Source: Acidobacteriota bacterium (lineage in GTDB: Bacteria; Acidobacteriota; UBA6911). Taken from it: a DNA stretch of 45,591 bases. The notes under the pieces were generated by a model. That model ran no database searches, was not told the origin of the DNA, and saw only the letters and a program-made list of their open reading frames with translations. Location: NCBI GenBank assembly GCA_017860135.1, contig JAFNAG010000001.1, forward strand, positions 1 through 45,591, read 5' to 3'. Below, one piece after another: positions 28,535 through 37,358 of this stretch. Within the stretch, counting starts at the first letter, position 1, and each line of letters begins with the position of its first letter. The position numbers and the translations under genes were made by a program.

Positions 28535-29746
28535 CTACTTGACCTTCAGGAACAGGCGATAGAAGAGCCCTCTCCCGGCGGTTCCGTTAAAACCGCCGAC
28601 GCGGACATAATAGGTTCCCGAGAGCGTCGCGGTGTGGCTGATGAATCCGTCCTTCATCAGTGGAAACGTGTTATCGGAGATGTTGACCTGAGAGAGATGC
28701 GGTCCATACAGGATCATGCCGTTGTCTATCGGGGATCCGATCATGTCTGTCAGCAGATATGCGGTCAGAGTACGGCTCGCCGGCACGAAAACGGCGTAGT
28801 AGTCGCTGTCGGACGTGTCGTCGTGATAATTCAGGGTGCCGGAAATCTCCACAGGCGCGGTGACTGCCTGCGCGAGGCTGAAGGAGGAATTGTCCTCCCT
28901 GTCATAGATCAGATTGCGGCTGACCACTTCCTCGGGCTGCAGAAGAACGGAAGAATAGACGTCATTCCCTGCCCCATAAGACCGGCGGAGTGCCACCAGC
29001 GCCACGTTGACGTTGCTGGAAAACCGGACGGTTCCGTGGAACGTGTTGCCGAAAAAGAAACCAAGGAACAGCTCCGACAAGAACCGGGCAGTGTGGCCTC
29101 CCGGCGGCACGACGATCGTCTGCACGGCAGGTGCTCCACCATAGCGTGGAATCAGGTTCACCGTGATCCTGGCCTCCGCCGCGCTTGGATTCGCGATGGC
29201 GAAACCGGTATCCGACGCGACGCCCTCAAAAAGATCGCGGACTGTGCTGACGTTCGCTTCGCATGAGAATTGGGTGGCCGCAGGGGCCGGCAACACCCCG
29301 GCCTGCCAGAGCAGCTTAGGTGGGGATCCCTGAACGTAATAGGTGAAGCCCGATGATGCGACCAGCGGCTGCGACGATTGTACCACCGCCCATCCGACGG
29401 CCTGCGCACCCGTGCCGGCCGTGTAGTAATTGGCGGTTTCCCACGGCTGGAGTCTGATTGTCGCCGAGTTCGTCAGTCCGGGAGCATCCCCCCGGTCGTT
29501 GCTGCGCAGATCCACCGTCCAGGGAGATCCGGCGTTGGAAAAGAAGCTCAGAGTCAGCGTGGTCTCCGTATTCTGAGCGTTGTTGAACAGAAATTCGGTG
29601 GTGTAATACGTGGAACCGCTCCTGCCGTCTGCCACCTGGGGGAAATAGTAGGTGGTATTCTCCGCAGGGGACGCAAATGCGAAGCCGGACGGAATGCACC
29701 CCGCCAGGAGCACTGCCAGGGCCAAAGCATGAGTACGACGCGACAT
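28535..29746 (-). CDS. Secreted protein or lipoprotein of unknown function with a C-terminal PPC (pre-peptidase C-terminal) domain
   Basis: The start at ATG 29746 is preceded by AGGAGG. The signal peptide MSRRTHALALAVLLAGC contains a lipobox-like LAGC. Two beta-rich repeats follow (YYFPQVADGRSGSTYYTTEFLFNN...). The C-terminus (EISGTLNYHDDTSDSDYYAVFVPASRTLTAYLL...GTYYVRVGG...YRLFLKV) fits the PPC domain pattern. Confidence 0.6.
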   Translation of the reverse strand: MSRRTHALALAVLLAGCIPSGFAFASPAENTTYYFPQVADGRSGSTYYTTEFLFNNAQNTETTLTLSFFSNAGSPWTVDLRSNDRGDAPGLTNSATIRLQPWETANYYTAGTGAQAVGWAVVQSSQPLVASSGFTYYVQGSPPKLLWQAGVLPAPAATQFSCEANVSTVRDLFEGVASDTGFAIANPSAAEARITVNLIPRYGGAPAVQTIVVPPGGHTARFLSELFLGFFFGNTFHGTVRFSSNVNVALVALRRSYGAGNDVYSSVLLQPEEVVSRNLIYDREDNSSFSLAQAVTAPVEISGTLNYHDDTSDSDYYAVFVPASRTLTAYLLTDMIGSPIDNGMILYGPHLSQVNISDNTFPLMKDGFISHTATLSGTYYVRVGGFNGTAGRGLFYRLFLKVK

Positions 29747-29760
29747 GAGACCCTCCTGTC

Positions 29761-29790
29761 GATGGATTGTGAAAGGCGTCACAATCCATC
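29761..29790. promoter_or_regulatory. Perfect 12-bp inverted repeat containing a CRP/FNR-type TGTGA-N6-TCACA site
   Basis: The sequence is GATGGATTGTGA aaggcg TCACAATCCATC, with the core TGTGA-N6-TCACA at 29768-29783. It lies 15 nt upstream of the lipoprotein start codon, in the divergent intergenic region shared with the patatin gene. Confidence 0.5.
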
Positions 29791-30118
29791 ATATCGGTAT
29801 CGGCCGTCCCATTGCTGTGTTCAAGCGCACAATCCCCGCTCGGACAGGAGCCTCGATGAACCGGACCTGCGGGCGCAGCAGCACCCCGCCGAAGTCACAA
29901 AGTGCACGGAATGACCGTAAGGCGCGATCTCCCGCCACTTCTTTTGTCATGGCAGCCCGGATGCCCCTCAACCCGCATCGCAGGCAGGCACTCCTGCAAA
30001 CACGCTGCAACTCGACGGGCGCCGCCCGTCCCCGGCAGAAACATCCGCCATCCGATTCCACCCTTCGCCACGTATAATGGATCCTGCAAGGCATTCCCCG
30101 ACGTGGAGCGTGCAGTTG

Positions 30119-32308
30119 ATGCCCATATCACGAGTCCGGCTGCGTTTTTTTCTGCTCATCCTGATATCCCTTGGTGCGCCCCGGGCTATGCCGGCGGAAC
30201 GTCCCGCGCTGAAAGTGGGCTTGGCTCTCAGCGGAGGCGGCGCACGGGGCGCCGCCCACATCGGAGCTCTTCGGGTACTGGAGCAGGAGGGCATCCGGAT
30301 CGACTGTATCGCCGGCACCAGCTTTGGCGCACTCGTGGGCGGGCTGTACGCCCTCGGCTATCGAGCCGTTGAAATAGAACAGATTTTCGCGAGGCAGGAC
30401 TGGTCTGCTCTCTTCAGCAACGAGCCCGATCTGTCGCTTGCTCCACTGCTCGCGCGCGCCAAGTCACGCTATCAGGGCGAACTGAATTTCCACGGCTTTC
30501 TCCCGGAACTCCCCGGCGGCCTGATCGCCGGACAAAAACTGACCGAAGTTCTCGATCTGCTCACGACGGAACGAATCCTCGCCGCAGCCTTCGACTTTGA
30601 CCGCCTGCCCATCCCGTTTCGCGCCGTGGCCACCGACATCGTCAACGGGGAGAAGGTAGTTTTTCAACGGGGAACGATGACCGAGGCTATCCGCGCATCC
30701 ATCGCTGTCCCGCTTGTTTTCACTCCCGTTGAAAAGGACGGGATGCTGCTGGTTGACGGGGGGCTGGTCGACAATCTGCCGACCGACGTGGTGCGTCAGA
30801 TGGGTGCGGATATCGTCATTGCGATCGACGCTACGTCCCCTTTGCTGGAGAAGGACCAGATCAAGACTTTTGTCGAGGTCATGGATCAATCGATTGGATT
30901 GCTGATGCGACGGGGCGTGGAAGAAAACATCAAGCTGGCCGATCTCGTGCTCCGGCCGGAGCTGAAGGACTTCACCGTGGCCGATTACCTCCGCATCCCG
31001 GAGATTGTTCAGCTCGGGGCACAGGCGGCAGAAAGCAGGCTGGGCGAGCTGAAGGCCCTGCTTGCGCGGGTTCCAGCCCGTCCCATGCCGCCGGCGCCGA
31101 CCTTCCCGCTCGCCCTCGAGGTAGCATCCGTGTCTTTCGAAGGTTTGAAGAGAGTACCAGCAGGGCAGCTGAAAAACGAGATCCGTACCAGACCGGGACA
31201 GCCGGTGGATGTGAATCTGCTCGAGGAAGATCAGCGCCGCCTCTACGCTACCGGCTTGTTCGAGCACGTCGATTACCGGCTGACGCCTGCCGGACCCGGC
31301 AGCTATCACCTCGCCTATCTGGTACGGGAGTTGCCGGCAGGAATCCTGGGCGCCAGCATACGATATGATCCCGACAATCACTTCGTCGCGCTGGCCGAGC
31401 TCCGGGTCCGCCAGCTCTTTCACACGCCGTCGGTTCTGATCGTTTCCACGCAGTTTGGGGGGATAGACAACGATTCCGCGAGCCTGCGCTACATCCCATT
31501 CAACCGCATGCCGTTCCTCTTCGTCACGCCCGAAGTCCACTTCCGCAAGCGTGAGTTTCGTGATTTCCGCAGCGGCGAGCTCGTGGACAGCTTCACAGAC
31601 CGCCGCATCGGTGCCCAGCTGATGGTGGGAGCCGCTCTCGGGCGATCGGAGTTTGAATTCGGATACCGCGCCGACAGAGTCACCATTTTGGGGGGCACGC
31701 CCCCGAATCGCCAGGATGGCGCATCACACCTCCGCGGCGTCTCGGCGCAATTCAGCAGGAACACGCTCGATGCACAGCGCTTTCCCACCTCCGGGACCTA
31801 CGTCTCGGCCCGGGCGGATGCGCATCTCGATGCGTTCGGCAGCGACGTCCATTACTCAAAATGGGATTTGCAGGTCCGCCGCTACTTTCGTCTCACACCC
31901 GACTCGTCGATCCAGGTTTATGGCGCTGCAGGGTACTCGCGCGGATCCGTACCGTTCTACGACCGGTATTTCCTGGGTGGATTCAATTACTCGGAGATAG
32001 GCCCCCAAAGGCTGATCGGTTTCCAATACGACGAACTGTCCGCCAATCAGATGGGTGTGCTGGCGGCCGAGTTCCGTTACAGGTGGTATTACCAGCCGCT
32101 CGGCTTCGCCAAGAGCGGTTTCATCGCCGGATATTACAACGCGGCGCCGCTCAGTCTGCGGGAGGAGGCGCCTTATGACTTCAGGCTATATCATGGGATG
32201 GGCGCGGAGTTCTCCTTCGACACCATGATCGGGCCCGTGCGGCTCGCGGCCGGATGGGGCCAGGGCGGCAGGTTTAACCTGTACCTGACATTCGGCCCGG
32301 CATTCTAG
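30119..32308 (+). CDS. Patatin-like phospholipase fused to POTRA plus an Omp85-type beta-barrel (PlpD-like, type Vd secretion architecture)
   Basis: The patatin motifs are the oxyanion LSGGGARGAAHIG, the nucleophile GTSFG and the catalytic Asp in VDGGLVDNLP. A POTRA-like segment follows (VASVSFEGLKRVPAGQLKNEIRTRPGQPVDVNLLEEDQRRLYATGLF). The C-terminal barrel ends in ...LYLTFGPAF. The start at ATG 30119 gives the signal peptide MPISRVRLRFFLLILISLGAPRA. Confidence 0.8.
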   Translation: MPISRVRLRFFLLILISLGAPRAMPAERPALKVGLALSGGGARGAAHIGALRVLEQEGIRIDCIAGTSFGALVGGLYALGYRAVEIEQIFARQDWSALFSNEPDLSLAPLLARAKSRYQGELNFHGFLPELPGGLIAGQKLTEVLDLLTTERILAAAFDFDRLPIPFRAVATDIVNGEKVVFQRGTMTEAIRASIAVPLVFTPVEKDGMLLVDGGLVDNLPTDVVRQMGADIVIAIDATSPLLEKDQIKTFVEVMDQSIGLLMRRGVEENIKLADLVLRPELKDFTVADYLRIPEIVQLGAQAAESRLGELKALLARVPARPMPPAPTFPLALEVASVSFEGLKRVPAGQLKNEIRTRPGQPVDVNLLEEDQRRLYATGLFEHVDYRLTPAGPGSYHLAYLVRELPAGILGASIRYDPDNHFVALAELRVRQLFHTPSVLIVSTQFGGIDNDSASLRYIPFNRMPFLFVTPEVHFRKREFRDFRSGELVDSFTDRRIGAQLMVGAALGRSEFEFGYRADRVTILGGTPPNRQDGASHLRGVSAQFSRNTLDAQRFPTSGTYVSARADAHLDAFGSDVHYSKWDLQVRRYFRLTPDSSIQVYGAAGYSRGSVPFYDRYFLGGFNYSEIGPQRLIGFQYDELSANQMGVLAAEFRYRWYYQPLGFAKSGFIAGYYNAAPLSLREEAPYDFRLYHGMGAEFSFDTMIGPVRLAAGWGQGGRFNLYLTFGPAF

Positions 32309-32379
32309 ACCGGATCCGTCAAGGAGTGGCGGAGACTGGATTCCGGGCGCACCACTGAAAATCGCCTTCCCCGCCGGAA

Positions 32380-33159
32380 TCAATGAATGGTGGGTTTCTT
32401 GTCACTGTCGATCTTGCGGCGGATATCTCCGTAATAGACTTCAAACTGCCTCTTGAGCTCTTCGTGCTTCCGCCGGTTCTTGTAAACCTGGTAGCGCCGC
32501 AGCCAGCTGCCCCCTTGCAGGTACACATACCCGACCAGCAGGCCGCCCAGGTGGGCGATGTTTGCCACTCCCGGCTGCGATCCGCTGATCGAAGACAAGA
32601 AAGCCAGGACCCCCATGACGAGCACCAGCCATTTGACCCTTACCGGGAACAGAAAATAAAGGTAAACGAGCCGGTTCGGATACATCAGGCCGTAGGCGAG
32701 AAGAAGCCCATAGATCGCCCCCGATGCCCCTATCGTCACCGTCAGGCTGTTCAGCCCCGCGAGGTAGGAACAGAGTCCGGCGCCAATCCCGGTGATGAAG
32801 TAGTAACGCAAGAACTGCCTCGAACCCCAGGTGCGCTCCAGGTCGTTCCCGAACATGTAAAGGGTAAACATGTTGATGAAAATATGGAAAAAACCGTCAT
32901 GGAGGAACATGTAGCTCACGAACTGCCAGATCATCAGATCGTGAGTGACGCGCCAGGGGATCAGCCCGAAGTACAGTTCCAGGAATCGGATTCCCCCCGC
33001 CCTGGCCAGCACCTGGAGAACGAACACCGCTACATTGAGGGCAATCAGCGTCTTCACCGTCCGGGTGACCGGACCGCCGAAGAATGCCGAGGGCGAACCT
33101 GCATAATAATATGGCACCTCAGAATAGTAGGAGAATGGGGGTTGGAATGCAACCGGCAC
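32380..33159 (-). CDS. Rhomboid-family intramembrane serine protease
   Basis: The protein has six or more TM segments. Rhomboid motifs are HDGFFHIFINM, the catalytic Ser in GASGAIYGLL and the catalytic His in AHLGGLLVG. Confidence 0.85.
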   Translation of the reverse strand: MPVAFQPPFSYYSEVPYYYAGSPSAFFGGPVTRTVKTLIALNVAVFVLQVLARAGGIRFLELYFGLIPWRVTHDLMIWQFVSYMFLHDGFFHIFINMFTLYMFGNDLERTWGSRQFLRYYFITGIGAGLCSYLAGLNSLTVTIGASGAIYGLLLAYGLMYPNRLVYLYFLFPVRVKWLVLVMGVLAFLSSISGSQPGVANIAHLGGLLVGYVYLQGGSWLRRYQVYKNRRKHEELKRQFEVYYGDIRRKIDSDKKPTIH

Positions 33160-33278
33160 CTGCCTGCTCCCTCGCTCGCAAAAACCTCTGAAATGGGCAT
33201 GTTTTCAATAGGATGCAGAAAATCGGCATCCATGGTAAAATGTGATTTCTCGTGAACCCCATCAGAGGCCGCACATCC

Positions 33279-34040
33279 ATGAGACCGGACCGACGAAATC
33301 CCGACAATATGCGGGAAGTGAAGATTGAATTGGATTATACGAAACACGCCGAAGGATCTGTATTGATCACGATCGGAGACACGATCGTGCTATGCACGTG
33401 CAGTGTTGAGGACAAGGTGCCCCCCTTCCTGTACCAGGCTAACCGGGGCTGGGTCACGGCGGAATACGGGATGGTCCCCCGATCTACCGGCACGCGCTCC
33501 CCGCGCGAAGCTGCGCGCGGAAAGCAGACCGGGCGCACGATAGAGATTCAGCGCCTCATCGGCAGATCGTTGCGCAGTGTGGTTCATCTTCCTCTGTTGG
33601 GAACGCGCAGCCTTCTGATCGATTGCGACGTTATTCAGGCCGACGGCGGCACGCGCACCGCATCGATATCCGGAGGCTTTCTGGCCCTGGCCCTTGCCGT
33701 CAACCGGCTGCTCGATAGAAGACTCCTGGAGTACTCCCCCCTCCTGGATTTCGTCGCTGCCACCAGCGTCGGCATCATTCAGGGCACACCGTGCCTGGAC
33801 CTGTGCTATGAGGAGGACTCTCAGGCTGAGGTGGATATGAATCTGGTCATCACGGGCAGCGGACGCTTCGTCGAAATTCAGGGTACGGCGGAAAAGCAAC
33901 CATTCTCCGGCGAACAGCTGCAGTCGCTCCTGGCGCTGGGCTCCAAGGGTGCGGCGCTGCTGATCGCCGCGCAGGAGTCGGCCCTCAAGGCGCGTGGTGT
34001 CGTGCTCCGCCGCCTGTTCCCTGCTGCTCCAAAATCCTGA
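33279..34040 (+). CDS. rph: Ribonuclease PH
   Basis: The sequence [35 protein letters not shown]...[16 protein letters not shown]...[15 protein letters not shown]...[16 protein letters not shown] is near-collinear with E. coli RNase PH. The start was chosen at ATG 33279 by homology. Confidence 0.93.
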   Translation: MRPDRRNPDNMREVKIELDYTKHAEGSVLITIGDTIVLCTCSVEDKVPPFLYQANRGWVTAEYGMVPRSTGTRSPREAARGKQTGRTIEIQRLIGRSLRSVVHLPLLGTRSLLIDCDVIQADGGTRTASISGGFLALALAVNRLLDRRLLEYSPLLDFVAATSVGIIQGTPCLDLCYEEDSQAEVDMNLVITGSGRFVEIQGTAEKQPFSGEQLQSLLALGSKGAALLIAAQESALKARGVVLRRLFPAAPKS

Positions 34041-34239
34041 GGGCCCTTGCCGAAGACCGATCCTCCAATCATACCGTCGAACGGCAGACTGCAGTGGCAG
34101 AAATACCGGGCTCAGTCAGGCAGTCACGAAACATACGAAAATGTATTTCGTGTGTTTCCTGGTTCCCGCAATCCGGCAGGTTTGTTGATCCTGCATCCGT
34201 AATCTCTGCATGAGGAACACAATGGGAGATCAAAGAGCA

Positions 34240-34827
34240 ATGCCAACCATGCTGCTGGCGACCCACAACGCCGGAAAACTCAGAGAATTCAGGGCACTGC
34301 TGGGGCCATCGGGATGGGAAGTGGTGGGGCTGGGGGACCTCGCCATCTCGGAGCACGTGGATGAGACCGCCGGCTCGTTCGCCGGAAACGCCCGCCTCAA
34401 AGCGATCGGCTACTCGCTGGAAACCGACCTGCCGGTTCTTGCCGACGATTCGGGGCTCGAAGTGATTGCACTGGACGGCAGGCCCGGTGTGGAATCGGCA
34501 CGCTATGCTGGGAAAGAAGCGTCGGACGCGGATCGCATCCGTAAGCTCCTCTCCGAACTGGAGCACGCCGGGCGCCCGCGTTCAGCCCGGTTTTTCTGCG
34601 CCCTCGCCCTGGCGCAGTGGGGATCCTTGATCCTGGAGGCCACCGGAGAATGCATCGGTGAAATCGCCGCCGCGCCGCGCGGGAACCACGGCTTTGGTTA
34701 TGATCCCGTGTTTTATGTGCCGGAACTGGGAAAGACCTTCGCAGAACTGGACGAAGCGGAAAAAAACCGCCTGAGCCACCGTTCACGCGCCGTGGAGTCG
34801 CTGCTGGGGAAAATGCAGATACGATGA
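34240..34827 (+). CDS. rdgB: Non-canonical purine NTP pyrophosphatase (XTP/dITP diphosphatase, Ham1/RdgB family)
   Basis: Motifs are LLATHNAGKLREF, ETAGSFAGNARLKA, ADDSGLEV, GFGYDPVF and SHRSRA. It follows rph, which is conserved synteny. The start at ATG 34240 was chosen by homology. ATG 34210 and 34222 are alternatives. Confidence 0.9.
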   Translation: MPTMLLATHNAGKLREFRALLGPSGWEVVGLGDLAISEHVDETAGSFAGNARLKAIGYSLETDLPVLADDSGLEVIALDGRPGVESARYAGKEASDADRIRKLLSELEHAGRPRSARFFCALALAQWGSLILEATGECIGEIAAAPRGNHGFGYDPVFYVPELGKTFAELDEAEKNRLSHRSRAVESLLGKMQIR

Positions 34828-34845
34828 CGGAATCGTGTTTTTGTT
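34821..34845 (+). terminator. Weak intrinsic-terminator-like hairpin at the rdgB stop codon
   Basis: ACGAT (34821-34825) pairs with ATCGT (34832-34836) across a 6-nt loop, followed by GTTTTTGTT. The stem is only 5 bp, so confidence is low. Confidence 0.3.
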
Positions 34846-34955
34846 CCCCTGCGAAACCGCGGAGCCGCTCCCACACTCCCGGCAGTCGGCTTGAGGAACT
34901 CCCCGTGCACTGTCTTGCCACAGCAGGATCAGGACCGGAGTCACGATCGAGCCGG

Positions 34956-35239
34956 GGTGCAATCGGAAGTGGCACTTGATCTTCGGTGGGATTCGGACAA
35001 TAAGGATGCGTCGCGCAACGATCAACGACAAAAGAATTTATCAATTGTCAATGGTCATTTGTCATTTGGCCGCTGCAAGCCTTTGGCTTGTGCGGTCCTG
35101 ATCGAGGCGCTGAGAATACGCGCAAGCTCGCGATTCTCCGTGACGATGCTCCAAACCGATCCAAACGGAAATGACAAACGACAATCGAAAAATGACATTT
35201 GATAAATGTTCTCTGTTGCGTCCCACTTCCGATTGCACC
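34956..35239. repeat. 284-bp palindromic, MITE-like element (or highly structured ncRNA) upstream of tRNA-Pro
   Basis: Perfect 17-bp terminal inverted repeats are present: GGTGCAATCGGAAGTGG (34956-34972) and CCACTTCCGATTGCACC (35223-35239). The arms are AT-rich, imperfectly inverted and full of TGTCA/TGACA motifs: ATTTATCAATTGTCA...TTTGTCATTTGG on the left and CCAAACGGAAATGACAAA...AATGACATTTGATAAAT on the right. Two central GC hairpins lie at 35068-35097 and 35112-35138. The 8-mer CGAGCCGG occurs on both flanks (34948-34955 and 35243-35250). Confidence 0.55.
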
Positions 35240-35303
35240 GCGCGAGCCGGATCGGGGTGGCAGGAGATGGGGATCTGGGTTACAATATGCGTCTTCGTTC
35301 GGT

Positions 35304-35380
35304 CGGGGCATAGCGCAGCCTGGTAGCGCGCCTGCCTTGGGCGCAGGAGGTCTCCAGTTCAAATCTGGATGCCCCGACCA
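35304..35380 (+). tRNA. tRNA-Pro (anticodon UGG), CCA encoded
   Basis: The cloverleaf was folded by hand. The acceptor is CGGGGCA/TGCCCCG, the D-stem GCGC/GCGC and the anticodon stem CCTGC/GCAGG. The loop is CTTGGGC, giving anticodon TGG with G37. The T-arm is TCCAG-TTCAAAT-CTGGA, followed by discriminator A and CCA. A TACAAT box at 35281-35286 is a plausible -10 element. Confidence 0.93.
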
Positions 35381-35382
35381 GA

Positions 35383-36261
35383 TCACTTGTCGCTCAGGAT
35401 CCTGGCGCCGGCCGGGATATGAACGGTTTCGGCAGCTCCTCTCTCGATCAGCGCGCGAAGGTCCAGGCCCGTCGAGTGAGCCTTTTCGAAAACAGCGGCC
35501 TTCTCCATCCAGGCTTTCACATTTAAATCCATCCTGGCAGGCAGAGCGAGGAGAATGCTGTTGCCCGAGTAGGCGCATTTGACGACATGAATTTCGGGGA
35601 AGACTGCGGAATAGGTCTTTAGCATATCGTAGTAATCCGCCTCCGCATCCCAGAGATTGGCGCACACAACTCCGCCGCCGGCGAGGCGCTCCTTGACGGT
35701 ATTCAGAAACTCCCGGGTTGCCAGCCTGTAAGGGATCGAAACAGCGCTGAACGCATCCAGAAAAATAACGTCGTATTTGTCTTTCGAATTCTCAATGAAG
35801 GTGCGCCCGTCCCCCACGTGCACCACCTGGCGGCTGTCTTCCTTAAAAAAGAAATATCTGGCGGCGATATTCCGGATTTCAGGATCGAGTTCGGCAGTCT
35901 CGATCCTGGCGCCGGGCAGCAGCTTGTACAGGTATCGCTGCATGCAGGCCCCGCCCAGCCCGACGACGAGAATGCGCTCGAGCCGGGACGCGATGGGCAG
36001 CGCGGCCATGATGTGCCTGGAATACGACAGCGACAGCTCGAGCGGGTTGCTGAGATTCATCTCCGACTGGATGGCATCCGTACCGTCAAACCGGCCATCG
36101 AAGATCAGCTGCCGGTACCCATTCGCCGTATCCCGAACGGTGATGTACTGGTAGCTGCTCTGGACTTCATAGAGAACCTCCTGCGCACGCAGCGGCAGCG
36201 AGAGGAAGGTTGCCGGGATGAGGGCGAGCAGCAATGCTCGTCTGGCAAAATCGGATTTCAT
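35383..36261 (-). CDS. Spermidine synthase-like (class I methyltransferase-fold) protein with a signal peptide or anchor
   Basis: Motifs RILVVGLGGACMQRYL, ETAELDPEI and YDVIFLDAF resemble the spermine/spermidine synthase family. The start at ATG 36261 gives MKSDFARRALLLALIPATFLSLPLRAQ. The stop codon lies 2 nt from the tRNA-Pro 3' end, and the two genes are convergent. Confidence 0.6.
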   Translation of the reverse strand: MKSDFARRALLLALIPATFLSLPLRAQEVLYEVQSSYQYITVRDTANGYRQLIFDGRFDGTDAIQSEMNLSNPLELSLSYSRHIMAALPIASRLERILVVGLGGACMQRYLYKLLPGARIETAELDPEIRNIAARYFFFKEDSRQVVHVGDGRTFIENSKDKYDVIFLDAFSAVSIPYRLATREFLNTVKERLAGGGVVCANLWDAEADYYDMLKTYSAVFPEIHVVKCAYSGNSILLALPARMDLNVKAWMEKAAVFEKAHSTGLDLRALIERGAAETVHIPAGARILSDK

Positions 36262-36363
36262 GACCGGATTGTAACAGGAAACCGGCGGGCAGCGTCGCAA
36301 ATTCCAGACGAAACAGCGGGGATGTGCCGGGGAGCGCGGACTCCCTTCGGCGCGCTTTCACCT

Positions 36364-37173
36364 TCAGGGAATATCTCCATACAGGCGGCGGGTGTTCTCG
36401 CACACGGCCCCGACTGCCTGAGACTCGCTGATCCCCTTGATCTCCGCGATCGCTTTCAAGGACAGCCTGATATTGGCGGGCTCGTTGCGCACATGCGGCG
36501 CGGGCCCCAGCACGGGGCTGTCCGTCTCGACCAGCAGGGATTCCAGAGGCAGCCGCCGGACCAGCTTCTGCTTCTGCTCGGACCGTACAACCGATGGCGG
36601 AATCGAAAAGAAAAACCCGGCCTCAGCGGCGGGGAGTGCCGCGGCGCTCTTCCCGTCAAAGGCGTGAAGTTGCACCCTGGCCGCCCCGTGACGGAGCAGG
36701 AATTCAACCGTGTGCCGGCCGGCCGCGCGCGAGTGCACGTTGAGCGGCAGATCGAGTTCCCGGGCCAGCGCGACGAAGCCCCCGAATATTTCACGCTGCT
36801 GCTCCTTTTGCGCCTCTTCCTGCACCGCCCAATAGTCGAGCCCGACTTCGCCGACCGCAATCAGTTCCTCCCGATGCTTGCGAATGAAGGTGTGCATTTC
36901 GGCCGCGCGCTCGAGGCTGAGCTGCGTTGGATACAGGCCGGCGGCCGGCCGGATCATCGGGTGCGTTTTCGCCAGATCGATGTTTTTCTGCGCATCCGCA
37001 AGCGTCTCGCCGACAGCAATCACCACGGCAACCCCGGCGTTTCGCGCTCTTTCCAAAACCTCGATCCGGTCGGCATCGAAGGCGGCGTCGCAGATGTGGG
37101 CGTGCGTATCGCTAAGAAGACCTGCCTTCTCGCCGTCGGCGGCAAGAATGCCCTGCTCCGCATGACCCCTCAT
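36364..37173 (-). CDS. tatD: TatD-family metal-dependent hydrolase (DNase)
   Basis: The DTHAH metal-binding motif (LLSDTHAHICD) is present, together with EVGLDY, LPLNVHSRAA and LLVETDSP. ATG 37173 is preceded by GGAAGGGA. The track start at 37260 adds 29 non-homologous residues. Confidence 0.85.
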   Translation of the reverse strand: MRGHAEQGILAADGEKAGLLSDTHAHICDAAFDADRIEVLERARNAGVAVVIAVGETLADAQKNIDLAKTHPMIRPAAGLYPTQLSLERAAEMHTFIRKHREELIAVGEVGLDYWAVQEEAQKEQQREIFGGFVALARELDLPLNVHSRAAGRHTVEFLLRHGAARVQLHAFDGKSAAALPAAEAGFFFSIPPSVVRSEQKQKLVRRLPLESLLVETDSPVLGPAPHVRNEPANIRLSLKAIAEIKGISESQAVGAVCENTRRLYGDIP

Positions 37174-37329
37174 CTCAATTCCCTTCCGGCCGGTCGCCTG
37201 CCAGGGGCTAGCGACCTCACGGCCGCTAAACAGGATTCCCGCTCCCGGTCCTGGTGTCAAGCACGGAAGGATAGCACATCACTGGAACAATGAAGACTTC
37301 TGGGCTTCCTTGCAGTCCCGAAAGAGCAT

Positions 37330-37358
37330 GGGGACATGGCAGCCTGTCACCATCATGC
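37330..37358. repeat. Left copy of a 29-bp direct repeat
   Basis: GGGGACATGGCAGCCTGTCACCATCATGC matches 45374-45402 at 28 of 29 positions, in the same orientation. Confidence 0.9.

Noticed and set aside
34891-35202. A 103-aa plus-strand ORF between rdgB and tRNA-Pro.
   Set aside because: It runs through the AT-rich arms and GC hairpins of the palindromic element. It has no SD sequence, an odd composition and no recognisable domain. The inverted-repeat structure explains the sequence better.
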